This document shows positions 27,242 to 36,861 of a stretch of 64,000 nt of DNA, one piece after another. The DNA lies in NCBI GenBank assembly GCA_034670305.1, contig JAXMNT010000032.1, forward strand, positions 1 through 64,000, given 5' to 3'. Positions within the stretch are counted from its first letter, which is position 1, and each line of letters begins with the position of its first letter. A program made the translations under genes and the position numbers. Source of the stretch: Deltaproteobacteria bacterium (lineage in GTDB: Bacteria > Myxococcota_A > Polyangia > Polyangiales > Houyiibacteriaceae). The notes under the pieces are model-generated. The model did not search any database and was not told the origin of the DNA. It saw only the letters and a list, made by a program, of their open reading frames with translations.

Positions 27242-28378
27242 TTAGGCTCGGGCGCGACGCTTCTTGGATTTGCCGTTCGACTTCACCGGTTCGTCGCTGC
27301 TCGTCTCCGAGCTCGAGGCGTCGGCTGCGTCGGGTGCATCCGCGGCGGGTGCGGCGGCTTCGGCGCCTTCGGTGCGTGGGGCGAGGCCGTGCTCCGCGAG
27401 GATCTTGCCTTCGATCTCCGCGAGCATGGCGGGGTTCTCTTCCAGGAAGTTCCGGGTGTTGTCCCGGCCCTGACCGAGGCGCTGACCCTGGTAGCTGTAC
27501 CAAGCACCGCTCTTGTCCACGATGTCGAACTTCACGCCGAGGTCGAGGATGTCGCCGCTGCGGCTGATGCCGCGGCCGAAGAGGATGTCGAACTCGCAGA
27601 GCTGGAAAGGCGGCGCGAGTTTGTTCTTCACGACCTTCACGCGGCACCGGTTGCCGATCGCTTGGTCGCCGACCTTGATGGTGCCGATGCGGCGAATGTC
27701 GAGCCGCTGCGAGGCGTAGAACTTGAGCGCGTTGCCACCGGTGGTGGTCTCCGGGCTGCCGAACATGACGCCGATCTTCATGCGGATCTGGTTGATGAAG
27801 AAGAGGGTGGTGTTGCTCTTCTGGATGTTGCCGGTGAGCTTGCGGAGCGCCTGGCTCATCAGGCGGGCCTGGAGACCGACGTGGCTGTCGCCCATCTCGC
27901 CTTCGATCTCCGCCTTCGGCACGAGGGCCGCGACCGAGTCGATGACGATGATGTCGACCGCGCCCGAACGAACGAGCGTGTCGGCGATCTCGAGGGCCTG
28001 TTCACCGTGGTCCGGCTGCGAGACCAGGAGCTCGTCCACGTTCACGCCGAGCTTGCGGGCGTAGGTGGGGTCGAGCGCATGTTCTGCATCGATGAAGGCT
28101 GCGACCCCGCCCTGTTTCTGACACTCCGCGATGGCGTGCAGGGTCAGGGTGGTCTTGCCGCTCGACTCAGGGCCGTAGCACTCGACGATGCGCCCACGGG
28201 CGTATCCACCGATGCCCAACGCCAAGTCCAACGAGATCGACCCGGTGGGAATTACAGGGACATCCACCTTGGTGGAGTCCCCCAGCCGCATGATCGAGCC
28301 CTTGCCATAGGCCTTTTCAATCGATCCAAGGGCCAATGCGAGCGCTTTGTCGCGGTTCGAGTCTTTGTCCGTCGCCAT
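27242..28378 (-). CDS. recA: Recombinase RecA
   Basis: [31 protein letters not shown]. Confidence 0.99.
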   Translation of the reverse strand: MATDKDSNRDKALALALGSIEKAYGKGSIMRLGDSTKVDVPVIPTGSISLDLALGIGGYARGRIVECYGPESSGKTTLTLHAIAECQKQGGVAAFIDAEHALDPTYARKLGVNVDELLVSQPDHGEQALEIADTLVRSGAVDIIVIDSVAALVPKAEIEGEMGDSHVGLQARLMSQALRKLTGNIQKSNTTLFFINQIRMKIGVMFGSPETTTGGNALKFYASQRLDIRRIGTIKVGDQAIGNRCRVKVVKNKLAPPFQLCEFDILFGRGISRSGDILDLGVKFDIVDKSGAWYSYQGQRLGQGRDNTRNFLEENPAMLAEIEGKILAEHGLAPRTEGAEAAAPAADAPDAADASSSETSSDEPVKSNGKSKKRRARA

Positions 28379-28386
28379 CCGTTCCT

Positions 28387-28403
28387 CCTGAACATGTGTC
28401 TAG
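28387..28403 (-). promoter_or_regulatory. Putative Myxococcus-type LexA (SOS) box overlapping the recA RBS
   Basis: Minus strand CTAGACACATGTTCAGG versus the recalled consensus CTRHAMRYBYGTTCAGS; two mismatches at degenerate positions. Confidence 0.65.
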
Positions 28404-28501
28404 TTCGTCCGCCCCGGAAGGTCAACCTCGCAGGTTGGACGCCGTGTCTCTTCTTTGAGCCCGAACGCTCCCACGAGGGTGTGACGTGGTAGAGCAGGAG
28501 C

Positions 28502-29572
28502 ATGCTCGGGTCTGCGGTTTTCGTCTCCCATCGGACGCTGAGCGCGAGGCGTGAAGCCGCATCCGGAGCCGTCTGGGCGGTGCTGGCTTCGGGAGTCGCA
28601 GTGCTGGCTTCGGGCGTCGCAGTGCTGGCCTCGGGCGTCGCAGTGCTGGCCTCAGGAATCGCAGTGCTGCTGATGGGCCTCGGATGTGGACACCCCGCCC
28701 CGGAGCGGCCGGAGCCCACCACGCCGTCCGTGCTCGGAAACCTCCTCGATCACGTGCCGGGGGCCCCCGATCTGATCGTGAGGGCGCGGCCGGCCGAGTT
28801 GCTCGAGACCCCAGCCACCCGCGCGATCGTCGATGTGATCGTGGACGAACCAGGCCGGCAGAACCTCTACGACCGGTCTGGGGTGGACGTGAGCGCGGTC
28901 TCCGAGCTGGTCTACGTCGATTACGGAGACCGCCGTTCGTTGCGTATGGCCCGCATGCCCTCCGGACCGGCGATCGTGGTGGCCAACGCGCGCGACCTTC
29001 ACATCCAGACCTCGACCGATGGCGCGATCACCCGCCGGTCCGGACACGACGGCATCCGCCACCGAGAGCTCGTCGCCGTCGATGGGGTCGTGATGATGGG
29101 CCACGAAGTGGGCACCCAGATCGCCAACGTCTTGGATGGCGTGCGCGAGGCGCGTTTGCCACCGCCACCGGAAGGCGACTGGGCAGCGCTCCGCGCGCGT
29201 TTCGTGGACGCGCCGCTGGTGTTCTTCGCACCGGATCCGCTGGGGTTGCCGCCCGAAGGGATCGGCCTGCTGCTCGCGCGCGAACGGGCGCTGGCGGTTG
29301 CTGTGCGGCCGCGCGACGAAACCTCGATCGAAGTGGTGGTGGCGATGCGCGGCGAGATGCCGGACGGGATCGAAGAGAACCTGCGCACTTGGATCACGTC
29401 GATGGCGGGCGCCGACCTCGGGCGCGCGCTGGGCCTCGGGGAAGCCCTGCACAGCCTCGAGGTCGAACGGATCCCGGAGGGCGTGGAACTGAGGCTCGAC
29501 TGGCCGGTCGTCCCCTTGGTTCGTGGGCTGCGGCTGCTCTTCCACGACGACATCCGCGCCATCGTGGAATGA
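28502..29572 (+). CDS. Hypothetical lipoprotein
   Basis: GLGC lipobox after a repeated hydrophobic segment; true start may lie within the repeat. Confidence 0.65.
   Translation: MLGSAVFVSHRTLSARREAASGAVWAVLASGVAVLASGVAVLASGVAVLASGIAVLLMGLGCGHPAPERPEPTTPSVLGNLLDHVPGAPDLIVRARPAELLETPATRAIVDVIVDEPGRQNLYDRSGVDVSAVSELVYVDYGDRRSLRMARMPSGPAIVVANARDLHIQTSTDGAITRRSGHDGIRHRELVAVDGVVMMGHEVGTQIANVLDGVREARLPPPPEGDWAALRARFVDAPLVFFAPDPLGLPPEGIGLLLARERALAVAVRPRDETSIEVVVAMRGEMPDGIEENLRTWITSMAGADLGRALGLGEALHSLEVERIPEGVELRLDWPVVPLVRGLRLLFHDDIRAIVE
28577..28669 (+). repeat. About 4.4 copies of a 21-bp repeat (AVLASGV)
   Basis: GCAGTGCTGGCYTCGGGCGTC units read directly. Confidence 0.9.
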
Positions 29573-29822
29573 AGGCCGGTCGTGGAGCGACCCAGGCCCG
29601 CGGTGCCGGCGAATCGGGCATGCCGGCTTGACCGGGGGGCCGGATGGCGCGAGGTACCTGAAACACGGGGTGGGCGTGCAGCAAACCCCGCGGATCGGGT
29701 GCCCTATGGTATCCTTTCAGGATGCGGGGGCTTCTGCGGCGAGCAGGCTGTCGTGCGGAATTCTGGAGCCAACAAGGCTCTCAAGTGACTGAAATCACGA
29801 CACTTTCGTGGGGCACAACCGG

Positions 29823-30311
29823 ATGATGCAGTTCAAGGTCGGCGACAAGGCGGTCCATCCAGCTCACGGAGTCGGAGAAGTCACCAGCATCGAGAAGAAG
29901 ACGATCGGTGGGAGCGACAAACGTTTCTACATCCTGAAGATCGTCGACACGGGCATGACCGTGATGGTCCCCACCGATGGGGTGGAGCGCCTTGGCCTTC
30001 GAGATGTCATCTCGAAGAAAGAAGCCAAGAAGGTCATGGACGAGCTGAAGAAGGACGAAGTCGCCGTCACCTCTCAGCCGTGGAACCGCCGGTACCGCGA
30101 GTACACCGAGATGCTCAAGAGCGGTTCGCCCATCGAGGTCGCCAAGGTGCTGCGCGATTTGAGCCGCCTGCGCGGCGACAAAGATCTGAGCTTTGGGGAA
30201 CGCCGGTTGCTGGAGCAGGCCCGCAACCTGCTCGTCGCCGAACTCGCGCTCGCCAAGGGCGCGACCGAAGAGAAGATCCGCAAGGACATGGACAAGATCC
30301 TCGGCACCTGA
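29823..30311 (+). CDS. carD: CarD/CdnL-family RNA polymerase-binding regulator (CdnL-type, no HMGA tail)
   Basis: FKVGDKAVHPAHGVG, WNRRYREY, KDLSFGERRLLEQAR. Confidence 0.92.
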   Translation: MMQFKVGDKAVHPAHGVGEVTSIEKKTIGGSDKRFYILKIVDTGMTVMVPTDGVERLGLRDVISKKEAKKVMDELKKDEVAVTSQPWNRRYREYTEMLKSGSPIEVAKVLRDLSRLRGDKDLSFGERRLLEQARNLLVAELALAKGATEEKIRKDMDKILGT

Positions 30312-30355
30312 AGCCGCGGAGGCGCCCTCGCCTCCTGCCGCACTTCCCGCCCGCT

Positions 30356-31027
30356 TCAGTCCGCGCTGCGGCTCGCTTTCTCTTCCAGCCCCGACACGCC
30401 TGCGCGCCGAGCCAACTCTCCGGCGACATCGCGCAGCGTCTTGCCGCGAAGCTGCAGGCCCACCATCAGGTGGTAGAGCACGTCCGCCGCCTCGGACACG
30501 ACGCGTTCGTCGGACTCGGACGCGAGCGCCTCCGCGAGCTCGCCGCCCTCTTCGCGGATCTTCGCGCCGATCTTCTCGGCGCCGCCATCGAGCAACCGCC
30601 GTGTGTAACTCGTGTCTCCGTCGGCCGAGGCGCGCGCTTCGATCGTCTCCGTCAACGTGAGCAACTCCGGGGCGCGGGTCCGCTCGTCCGCGTCGTGGAG
30701 CTCCGGGACCTCTTCGCTCAGCTCCAGAAAAAAGCAGGAGGGTTCGCCGGTGTGGCAACTCGGTCCACTCGGATCGACCAAGTAGAGAAGTGCGTCGCGA
30801 TCGCAATCGGCGCGCACCGAGAAGACGCGCAGCACGTTGCCGCTCGACTCGCCCTTCTTCCAGAGCGACTGGCGCGAGCGAGACCAGAACCACGCGATCC
30901 CCGTCTCGAGGGTGCGGCTCACCGCCTCCGCGTTGGCATGCGCGAGCATGCGGACTTCGCCGGTCAAACGATCCTGCGCCACCACGGTGACCAGCCCCGC
31001 CGCGTCCCACTTCAAATCCTCGAACAT
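30356..31027 (-). CDS. hisIE: Bifunctional phosphoribosyl-AMP cyclohydrolase/phosphoribosyl-ATP diphosphatase
   Basis: WSRSR..LWKKGESSG, DCDRDALL, CHTGEPSCF, SYT..LL, EAADVLYH. Confidence 0.95.
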   Translation of the reverse strand: MFEDLKWDAAGLVTVVAQDRLTGEVRMLAHANAEAVSRTLETGIAWFWSRSRQSLWKKGESSGNVLRVFSVRADCDRDALLYLVDPSGPSCHTGEPSCFFLELSEEVPELHDADERTRAPELLTLTETIEARASADGDTSYTRRLLDGGAEKIGAKIREEGGELAEALASESDERVVSEAADVLYHLMVGLQLRGKTLRDVAGELARRAGVSGLEEKASRSAD

Positions 31028-31280
31028 CGAGGCGTGGCTACGCGACGGGGCTACCCGAAGCAAGAGCGCATTCGCGCTCGCTGGAAGGATCGTCCAATGG
31101 CTGGTGTCATCGAACGAGGCCGCCGGGCCAAGTCTGGCCCTGGTGCCATGGCGTTCAGAGATGTGTTCGACCGGTCCGCCTCTCCCAAAACAGACTGGTC
31201 TCCTCCACCTCTACGCTTCGAGGATGGTCGCGCGGGGTCGGGACGCTGGCCTCTCCCAAAACCAACGCCCCGCGGCGCAA

Positions 31281-31820
31281 CTACCCCCGAAGCGCCGCCA
31301 TGCGTGCTTCATGAGACGCCCGAGCAATCTCGTCGAGATGGCCCTGCGCGCGGTCGGCGAGCCGGGTCGCGCGGTCGCTGTGTTCACGATCGGACTCCGC
31401 CGCTTCGGCGAATCCATCGGCCGTGATCCCGAGGCCTTCCGCATTGAGGTCCATGTTGGTTGCTCTGAACTGGAGCCCCGCGTCCACGGCCTTCGCGGTC
31501 GCGTCGGTCAACCCCGCGCCCGTCTTGTCGCCAGAAGCGGTCAAGCCGGTGGAAGCCGCGGACGCACAGCCGGACATCACGCCCGCGATGAGACGAGTTC
31601 GGGCGGCGTCGCGTTTGACGCCGAGCGCTTCGCGACGCGCTGCAGTCCGTTGGCGGCTGCTCTCTCGGGAGGCGCTCCGGCTCCGGTCCGAGGACTCTTC
31701 GAGGCGGGCGGCGGCTTGTTGGATGGTCTGCTCGAGCCCGCCACCGGCGCCGGTGGTGGGGAGTTCGAAGTCGGCGATGCCGCCGACGGGCGGGGTGGTG
31801 GGGCCTTGAATGCGGGTCAT
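31281..31820 (-). CDS. Putative SctB-like (YopD/SseD-position) minor translocator
   Basis: Helical Ala-rich 179-aa protein with a central weakly hydrophobic segment; last gene of the operon, after the SctE-like gene; RBS AGGAAG. The call is mainly positional. Confidence 0.5.
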   Translation of the reverse strand: MTRIQGPTTPPVGGIADFELPTTGAGGGLEQTIQQAAARLEESSDRSRSASRESSRQRTAARREALGVKRDAARTRLIAGVMSGCASAASTGLTASGDKTGAGLTDATAKAVDAGLQFRATNMDLNAEGLGITADGFAEAAESDREHSDRATRLADRAQGHLDEIARASHEARMAALRG

Positions 31821-31893
31821 GGGTGCTTCCTGTTCGTCATGGGTGGGATGGGTGATTGGTGATTGGTGGATGGGTGTTGGATTGCGTGATCGG

Positions 31894-32847
31894 TCAGGCG
31901 ATGGCGCGTGCGGCGACGCTGAGGGACTGCCCCCGCGCTTCTTGCACCGCGTGCATGCGTCTCGAGATCCGGGCGAAGCGGGTGCGAAGCTTCTTCATCG
32001 CTTCGATGGCTGCTTCCATGTCGTCCATCGCGACCTCGGAGTTCAGCCCATGCTCTTCCGCGTCGATCTGCTCGCCGTCTGCGCGGTAGGTGTGGACGGC
32101 GTTCGTCATCTGAAAGCGTGCTTCGTGAGCTTGCTGGGCGGTGCTGACGCACGTGGCGATGACCTGCGTGGCTTGTACGACGGTTGCCGCGGTTGACCCG
32201 GCTTGTGCGAGTCCGCCCGCGTTTCCGGCAACCGCCATCAGCACCGCTGCGACCAGCTTGAGGACAACTGCGGTGATCATGCCGGCTTTGCCGTCGATCT
32301 TGCCCTCCTTGGCCAGCTTCTCGACTGCCGCTGCAGCGACGAGCAGCACCGCTGCCGCGGCCACGAGCACCATGCTGGCGCCGCCAGTGAATACAGACGC
32401 GACGGCGGCGACGATGATCATTACCGCAGCGATCAACTTCTTCGCCCAGTCCGGCAGCTTCTGATTCAGAAGCTTCGCCAGGTGCTCCTCCGCGGCCTTG
32501 AGCGACTTCATGCGCTCCGCGTCTTCGCCCTCGGACCTGCGGGACGCGGACTCGCTCGAGGCTTCGCCGGCACGGGTGCGTGCATCCCGCACGCTGGTCT
32601 GCATCGCCATCATGGCGGTCATGGGGTCGAGTGCGCCGCCGAGTGCAACCGCAAGCGTGAACTGCTGTTCGTTGCTCAGCGGCGGACTCGAAGGGCTGCC
32701 TGTCGTTCCGCTCGTCCGTCGCGTGTCTCGCCGGGGCGCCGACTCCGCGGGGCTCGTCGTGGATCCAATCGGCGCTCCGTTGCGCCCCGCTTCCGCCCGA
32801 AGGGGCATCGGCGGCAGAGCCACCGCATCGCTTGCTACACGAACCAC
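31894..32847 (-). CDS. SctE-like (YopB/SipB/IpaB/SseC family) T3SS major translocator
   Basis: [34 protein letters not shown] resembles the SipB/IpaB hallmark (V/A)FTGGASL segment; second hydrophobic segment and coiled-coil C-terminus. Confidence 0.75.
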   Translation of the reverse strand: MVRVASDAVALPPMPLRAEAGRNGAPIGSTTSPAESAPRRDTRRTSGTTGSPSSPPLSNEQQFTLAVALGGALDPMTAMMAMQTSVRDARTRAGEASSESASRRSEGEDAERMKSLKAAEEHLAKLLNQKLPDWAKKLIAAVMIIVAAVASVFTGGASMVLVAAAAVLLVAAAAVEKLAKEGKIDGKAGMITAVVLKLVAAVLMAVAGNAGGLAQAGSTAATVVQATQVIATCVSTAQQAHEARFQMTNAVHTYRADGEQIDAEEHGLNSEVAMDDMEAAIEAMKKLRTRFARISRRMHAVQEARGQSLSVAARAIA

Positions 32848-33080
32848 GACATCACCTCTTGCATCGCTTCGACCATGTCGGTGTTCCCCTCGCGGCGGTG
32901 GAACGCGATGTACTGCGTCCAGGTCTCGCTCCGGGTCAGGTCGAGCATCAGCAGGATGTCGAGTTGCGTCTCGGCGTCTTCGGTCGCGCCCCGCTTCGCG
33001 TCCGCCTGAGCGAGTTTGCCCAGGTGCGCGAGCTGCGGTTCGTCGAGGCCGAGCGCCGACGCCCAGGAGGCCGTGGTCAT
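32835..33080 (-). CDS. Short SycD/LcrH (class II chaperone)-like TPR protein
   Basis: [13 protein letters not shown]....[19 protein letters not shown]....TW resembles the first TPR of class II chaperones; overlaps both neighbours. Confidence 0.55.
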   Translation of the reverse strand: MTTASWASALGLDEPQLAHLGKLAQADAKRGATEDAETQLDILLMLDLTRSETWTQYIAFHRREGNTDMVEAMQEVMSWFV

Positions 33081-33733
33081 CGGCCCAGGTTCCCGACGAT
33101 GCCCGACATGCCTTCGTTCAGCTTCGTGATGAGGTTGGTGCTCATCTGGATGACTTGGGTGCGCTGCTGGGTGAGCGTCTGGATGGTCATCATCAGCATC
33201 TCGTTGCTCGAGTTCACCCGGGTCGACTGCTGCTTCACCGCCTGAATCGTGCTGTTGATCTGACCGATGTTGATCTGGCCGCTGTCGTTCGGGTTGATGC
33301 CCGGGTGGCCCGCGGCGTTGAGGATGTCGTGGCCGTTGACCTCGCGTGTTCCGCCACCAGGCACGTCCACCATGAACTTGAGGTCGTGCAGGTCGACGAG
33401 GGTGTCTTCCGCCGTTCCAGTCTTTTGTGCCTCCGCAAGAATGCTGTTCAGCGCTTCCTGCTGCCGGGTGAGGACCTCGGACGTCTGGGTGTTGTTCTGG
33501 AGTCGCTCGAGGGACCCGGCGATCTGGTTGTCCAGGTCGTTGAGGCGCTGCCGCGCCATCGCGAGGATCATCTCGGGGGAGATGGCGGCCATCGGAAGCG
33601 AGTAGCCGGTGCTGAGGGACAGTTCGCCGGCGCGGTACTCGATGTCGGCGATGAACTCGGCCGGGAGTCCTCCATCGTCGAAGTCCATGTCGGGGTAGAT
33701 GTCGAGGGCGGGAAGTTCGATGGCGGAAGGCAT
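33077..33733 (-). CDS. T3SS tip/filament-like protein (SctA; Bsp22/SseB/EspA/LcrV-type C-terminal helix)
   Basis: C-terminus [43 protein letters not shown] and an N-terminal coiled coil; RBS GGAG. Confidence 0.65.
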   Translation of the reverse strand: MPSAIELPALDIYPDMDFDDGGLPAEFIADIEYRAGELSLSTGYSLPMAAISPEMILAMARQRLNDLDNQIAGSLERLQNNTQTSEVLTRQQEALNSILAEAQKTGTAEDTLVDLHDLKFMVDVPGGGTREVNGHDILNAAGHPGINPNDSGQINIGQINSTIQAVKQQSTRVNSSNEMLMMTIQTLTQQRTQVIQMSTNLITKLNEGMSGIVGNLGR

Positions 33734-33742
33734 GAAGGACTC

Positions 33743-33961
33743 CTAGGCGCGCAGGGCGTGGGTTGGGATGAAGGGTTCGGAGCGGACTGCTTCGGGGGCC
33801 GCGACCTGCTTGCGCATTGCTCGCTCCGCATCGGCGAGTGCTTCGGGGTCGAGGTCGAGCTCGTCGGTGAAGAGCGCGAGCTCTTGGTCCTGACGGGCGC
33901 GTTCGGCTTGGAGGCGCTCGAGTTCGAGGCGGAGGCGGGTGGTGCGTTGTTTCTCGGTCAT
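33743..33961 (-). CDS. Small coiled-coil protein, first gene of the translocon-like operon (LcrG/SseA position)
   Basis: 72 aa, RBS AGAGGA, 9-bp gap to the next gene. Confidence 0.6.
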   Translation of the reverse strand: MTEKQRTTRLRLELERLQAERARQDQELALFTDELDLDPEALADAERAMRKQVAAPEAVRSEPFIPTHALRA

Positions 33962-34120
33962 GGGGTTCCTCTGAAGACGTGCCCCTCCTCGGTGGGCGGT
34001 GCGCGCAGTTGCGGCCATGCGCGAAAAGTTTCTCGCGCGGGCGGCCGCGGGCGAGAGATGCGCGTCCACGGCCTCGGCTGGCGTTTCGCCGACGCCCGCG
34101 ACGCCGCTGTTCCGCGGGTT

Positions 34121-34387
34121 GCTGTTGCTGCGGCTGACGCTGCTGCCGACTCCGCTGCTGTCGCTGCTGCTGTCTCTGCTGCTGTCGCTGCTGCTGACTC
34201 TGCTGCTGACTCTGCTGCTGACTCTGCTGCTGACTCTGCGGCTGACTCTGCTGCTGTCTCTGCGGCTGACTCTGCTGCTGACTCTGCTGCTGACTCTGCT
34301 GCTGTCGCTGCTGCTGTCACTGCGGCTGTCTCTGCTGCTGACTCTGCTGCTGACTCTGCCGCTGACTCTGCTGCTGTCGCTGCTGTC
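34121..34387. repeat. Intergenic array of about 22 degenerate 12-mers (GCTGCTGACTCT)
   Basis: Read directly. Confidence 0.95.
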
Positions 34388-34390
34388 GTG

Positions 34391-34640
34391 CCAAAGCCGA
34401 ACCCGAAGCCGATCCCGAAGCCGATCCCGAAGCCGATCCCGAAGCCGATCCCGAAGCCGACCCCGAAGCCGATCCCGAAGCCGATCCCGAAGCCGACCCC
34501 GAAGCCGCTTCCGAAGCCGCTACCGCTTCCGCTTCCGCTTCCGAAGCCGATCCCGAAGCCGCTACCGCTTCCGCTTCCGCTTCCGCTTCCGCTTCCGAAG
34601 CCGCTACCGCTTCCGCTTCGATCCCGCTTCCGAATCCCGC
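34391..34640. repeat. Intergenic array of CCGAAGCCGATC 12-mers grading into CCGCTT hexamers
   Basis: Read directly; abuts the previous array. Confidence 0.95.
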
Positions 34641-34650
34641 TTCGCTCAGC

Positions 34651-35886
34651 TCAGCGGCGGCGGCGTCTTCGGTTGCCTGGGTACGGGCGGGCGCTGCGGG
34701 GGAGGCATTGGACTTCGTCCGGCTTGGTGTCGGTCCAGGTGGCGATGTCGGTGGTGACGGGGCGGCCGTTGCGGAAGCGGATGCGCGGGCGAAGGAGGGG
34801 GAGCGGGTCGCAGTGGGCGCCGTCGTGCACGAGCATGTAGTGGAGGTGGGGGCCGCGGCTGAGGCCGGTGTTGCCGAGCAGGGAGATGACCTGCCCGCGC
34901 GCGACGAGTTCGCCGGTCACCACCAGCAGCTCGCGGTTGTGGGCGTAGGCGGTGACCAGGCCGTTCGGGTGCACGAGGATGACGAAGCGGCCGTATCCGC
35001 CCATGCCGGTGCCCGCGTACGCGACGAGGCCGCGTTCGCTGGCGACGATAGGGGTGCCGGGGGGGGCGTAGATGTCGACGGCGAGGTGGTAGCCGCCGCG
35101 GCCGGATCCCCAGCCGCGCATGAAGGTGCCTCCGTCGATCGGCATGCCGAGGGTGCCGGGGCCGGCCGTGGGTTCCGGCGCGTCGGTGGCATCGGTGGCG
35201 GGGTCGGGATCTTCCTCGTCTTCGGTTTCGTCGGGGACGTGCTCGTCTTCGGAGACCTCTTCCTCTTCGTCGTCTTCTTCTTCCGCGTCCGCGTCGATGG
35301 GTGTGCCGACGCCGTACGCATGGGCCGGGATGGAGCGCGGTGCCCTCGCCGCGGCTGCAATCCAGCGCGGGTCGGGTGGTTGGCTCACGAGGTTCTGACC
35401 CACACGGGTGGCGCCGAGGTCGAGCCGGGTGGCGCGTTCTTCTGCCGCCGTTTGATCGGGTCGCAGGGCTCGGGTCTCGAGGCGCGGCATTCGGTTCTCG
35501 CGCCGCCGACCCGGAATGCGGAGCCGTTGACCGATCCGGATCGAATCGCCCCTCAACCGGTTGGTCCGCCGCAACGACTGTGCGGTCACGCGGTATCGGC
35601 GGGCGATGTGCGAGATGGTCTCACCTCGCCGCACGACGTGGAATCCTTCGCGCCGTGCTTGCGCGGCGGAACCACGACCGGGAATGGTCAACCGGGCGCC
35701 GATGCGCACGTTGTCGCCGCGCAGGCGGTTGGCGCGGCGTAGGTCGGAGATGGGCACTCGGAAACGACGCGCGATCCTCGCCAAGGTGTCGCCGGACCGA
35801 ACCGTGTAGGAACGATCGGCGTGTGCGGCGGGCGCCGTAGGCGCGACGCACACGATGGCGACGAGGATCCACGCGTACCACTTCAC
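34651..35886 (-). CDS. LysM x2 / M23 peptidoglycan endopeptidase
   Basis: YTVRSGDTL and HVVRRGETI LysM repeats; HLAVD, YAH, GPHLHY zinc motifs; signal peptide. Confidence 0.9.
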   Translation of the reverse strand: MKWYAWILVAIVCVAPTAPAAHADRSYTVRSGDTLARIARRFRVPISDLRRANRLRGDNVRIGARLTIPGRGSAAQARREGFHVVRRGETISHIARRYRVTAQSLRRTNRLRGDSIRIGQRLRIPGRRRENRMPRLETRALRPDQTAAEERATRLDLGATRVGQNLVSQPPDPRWIAAAARAPRSIPAHAYGVGTPIDADAEEEDDEEEEVSEDEHVPDETEDEEDPDPATDATDAPEPTAGPGTLGMPIDGGTFMRGWGSGRGGYHLAVDIYAPPGTPIVASERGLVAYAGTGMGGYGRFVILVHPNGLVTAYAHNRELLVVTGELVARGQVISLLGNTGLSRGPHLHYMLVHDGAHCDPLPLLRPRIRFRNGRPVTTDIATWTDTKPDEVQCLPRSARPYPGNRRRRRR

Positions 35887-36118
35887 TGGGCGCGACCTTG
35901 TCGGTGCGGTCCTGTCGAAACGCAGCTCAGTTCGTTCAACTCGACCCGGGCTGAAGTCGGCGCCACCACGCACACAGGCTGAACGCGTCGCGGCAGAGTG
36001 TCGACCCGAGCGCGGAGCGGGGCCACGGACGAGGCGACGGGGGGGATCTCAGACACGGTGCAGGGACGCATTCGGGGCGAATTGCTTCAACGACACCCCG
36101 AGCCGCCAAGGCGTCGGT

Positions 36119-36817
36119 CTAAGACAGCGTGAGGAAGTCGACGTATTCCCCGTGGGTCAGGCAATGGGCGTAGACACGGATCTCTGCGCCGGCCGCCACG
36201 CCCTCGGGCAACGCCACGAGGTAGATGGTCTGCTTGCCGCCGTCGTCGGTGATCTCGCCCTCGCCCTGCACAGCGTAGGCACCGCTGTCTTCCTGGTCGG
36301 CGAGCGGCCACCCGGAGAACTGGGTCTCGACTTCTTCGGCGTCGCCATCGGTCGCGACGCGAATGCGGATCCAGTTGTACCAATGGCCGTCCGGGTTGTC
36401 CTCGCTCGGCGGCGCGTTCGGATGGGGGGCATGGCCCTTCGAAGGGTCGCCCCACATGATCGCGAGCATGCCGGGCGGCACCAGCGCTGGATCGAGTTCC
36501 GGAACGAAGGGCAGGTGTTTGCCGAGGTGTTTGAGTTCCCCTTCGGGGCCGTTGATCGATTCGAGGTAGCTGTCCGGAATCGCACCGGCGTTGCCACGGG
36601 TGCGGTTGAACGCGATCGCGTCCCAGTCCGCCGGTCGGCTGGTGGGAACCGCAATGGGCTCGGGCGTCTCGGAACCGGTGGTGGGCTCAGGCGTGGGTTC
36701 GGGGGTCGGTTGCGGCGCGGACTCCGAGCCACACCCCAAGCCGAGCACCGCGGGCGCCAACACCAAGGCGCCGGTCGCGGTCGCCAACTTCTCGAGCATC
36801 TCTCTTCGGGTAGCCAT
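36119..36817 (-). CDS. Tat-exported lipoprotein with superoxide reductase/desulfoferrodoxin-like Fe site
   Basis: TRREML Tat motif, LGLGC lipobox; KHLP, PHP, GHWYNWI, CLTHG. Confidence 0.7.
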   Translation of the reverse strand: MATRREMLEKLATATGALVLAPAVLGLGCGSESAPQPTPEPTPEPTTGSETPEPIAVPTSRPADWDAIAFNRTRGNAGAIPDSYLESINGPEGELKHLGKHLPFVPELDPALVPPGMLAIMWGDPSKGHAPHPNAPPSEDNPDGHWYNWIRIRVATDGDAEEVETQFSGWPLADQEDSGAYAVQGEGEITDDGGKQTIYLVALPEGVAAGAEIRVYAHCLTHGEYVDFLTLS

Positions 36818-36861
36818 GCCCTGGCCCTACCACGCGAGCGCTAGGCTGTCGCGAGCGTCCG

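Noticed and set aside
31838-31890. GGTGATT-like heptamer repeats between the two translocator-like genes
   Set aside because: Only two exact copies plus degenerate flanks; too short to support a feature.
33958-34840. ORFs reading through the arrays (AADS/PKPI, LLLT, AAES)
   Set aside because: Stop-free repeats open several frames at once; there is no convincing start, and some run into the M23 gene.
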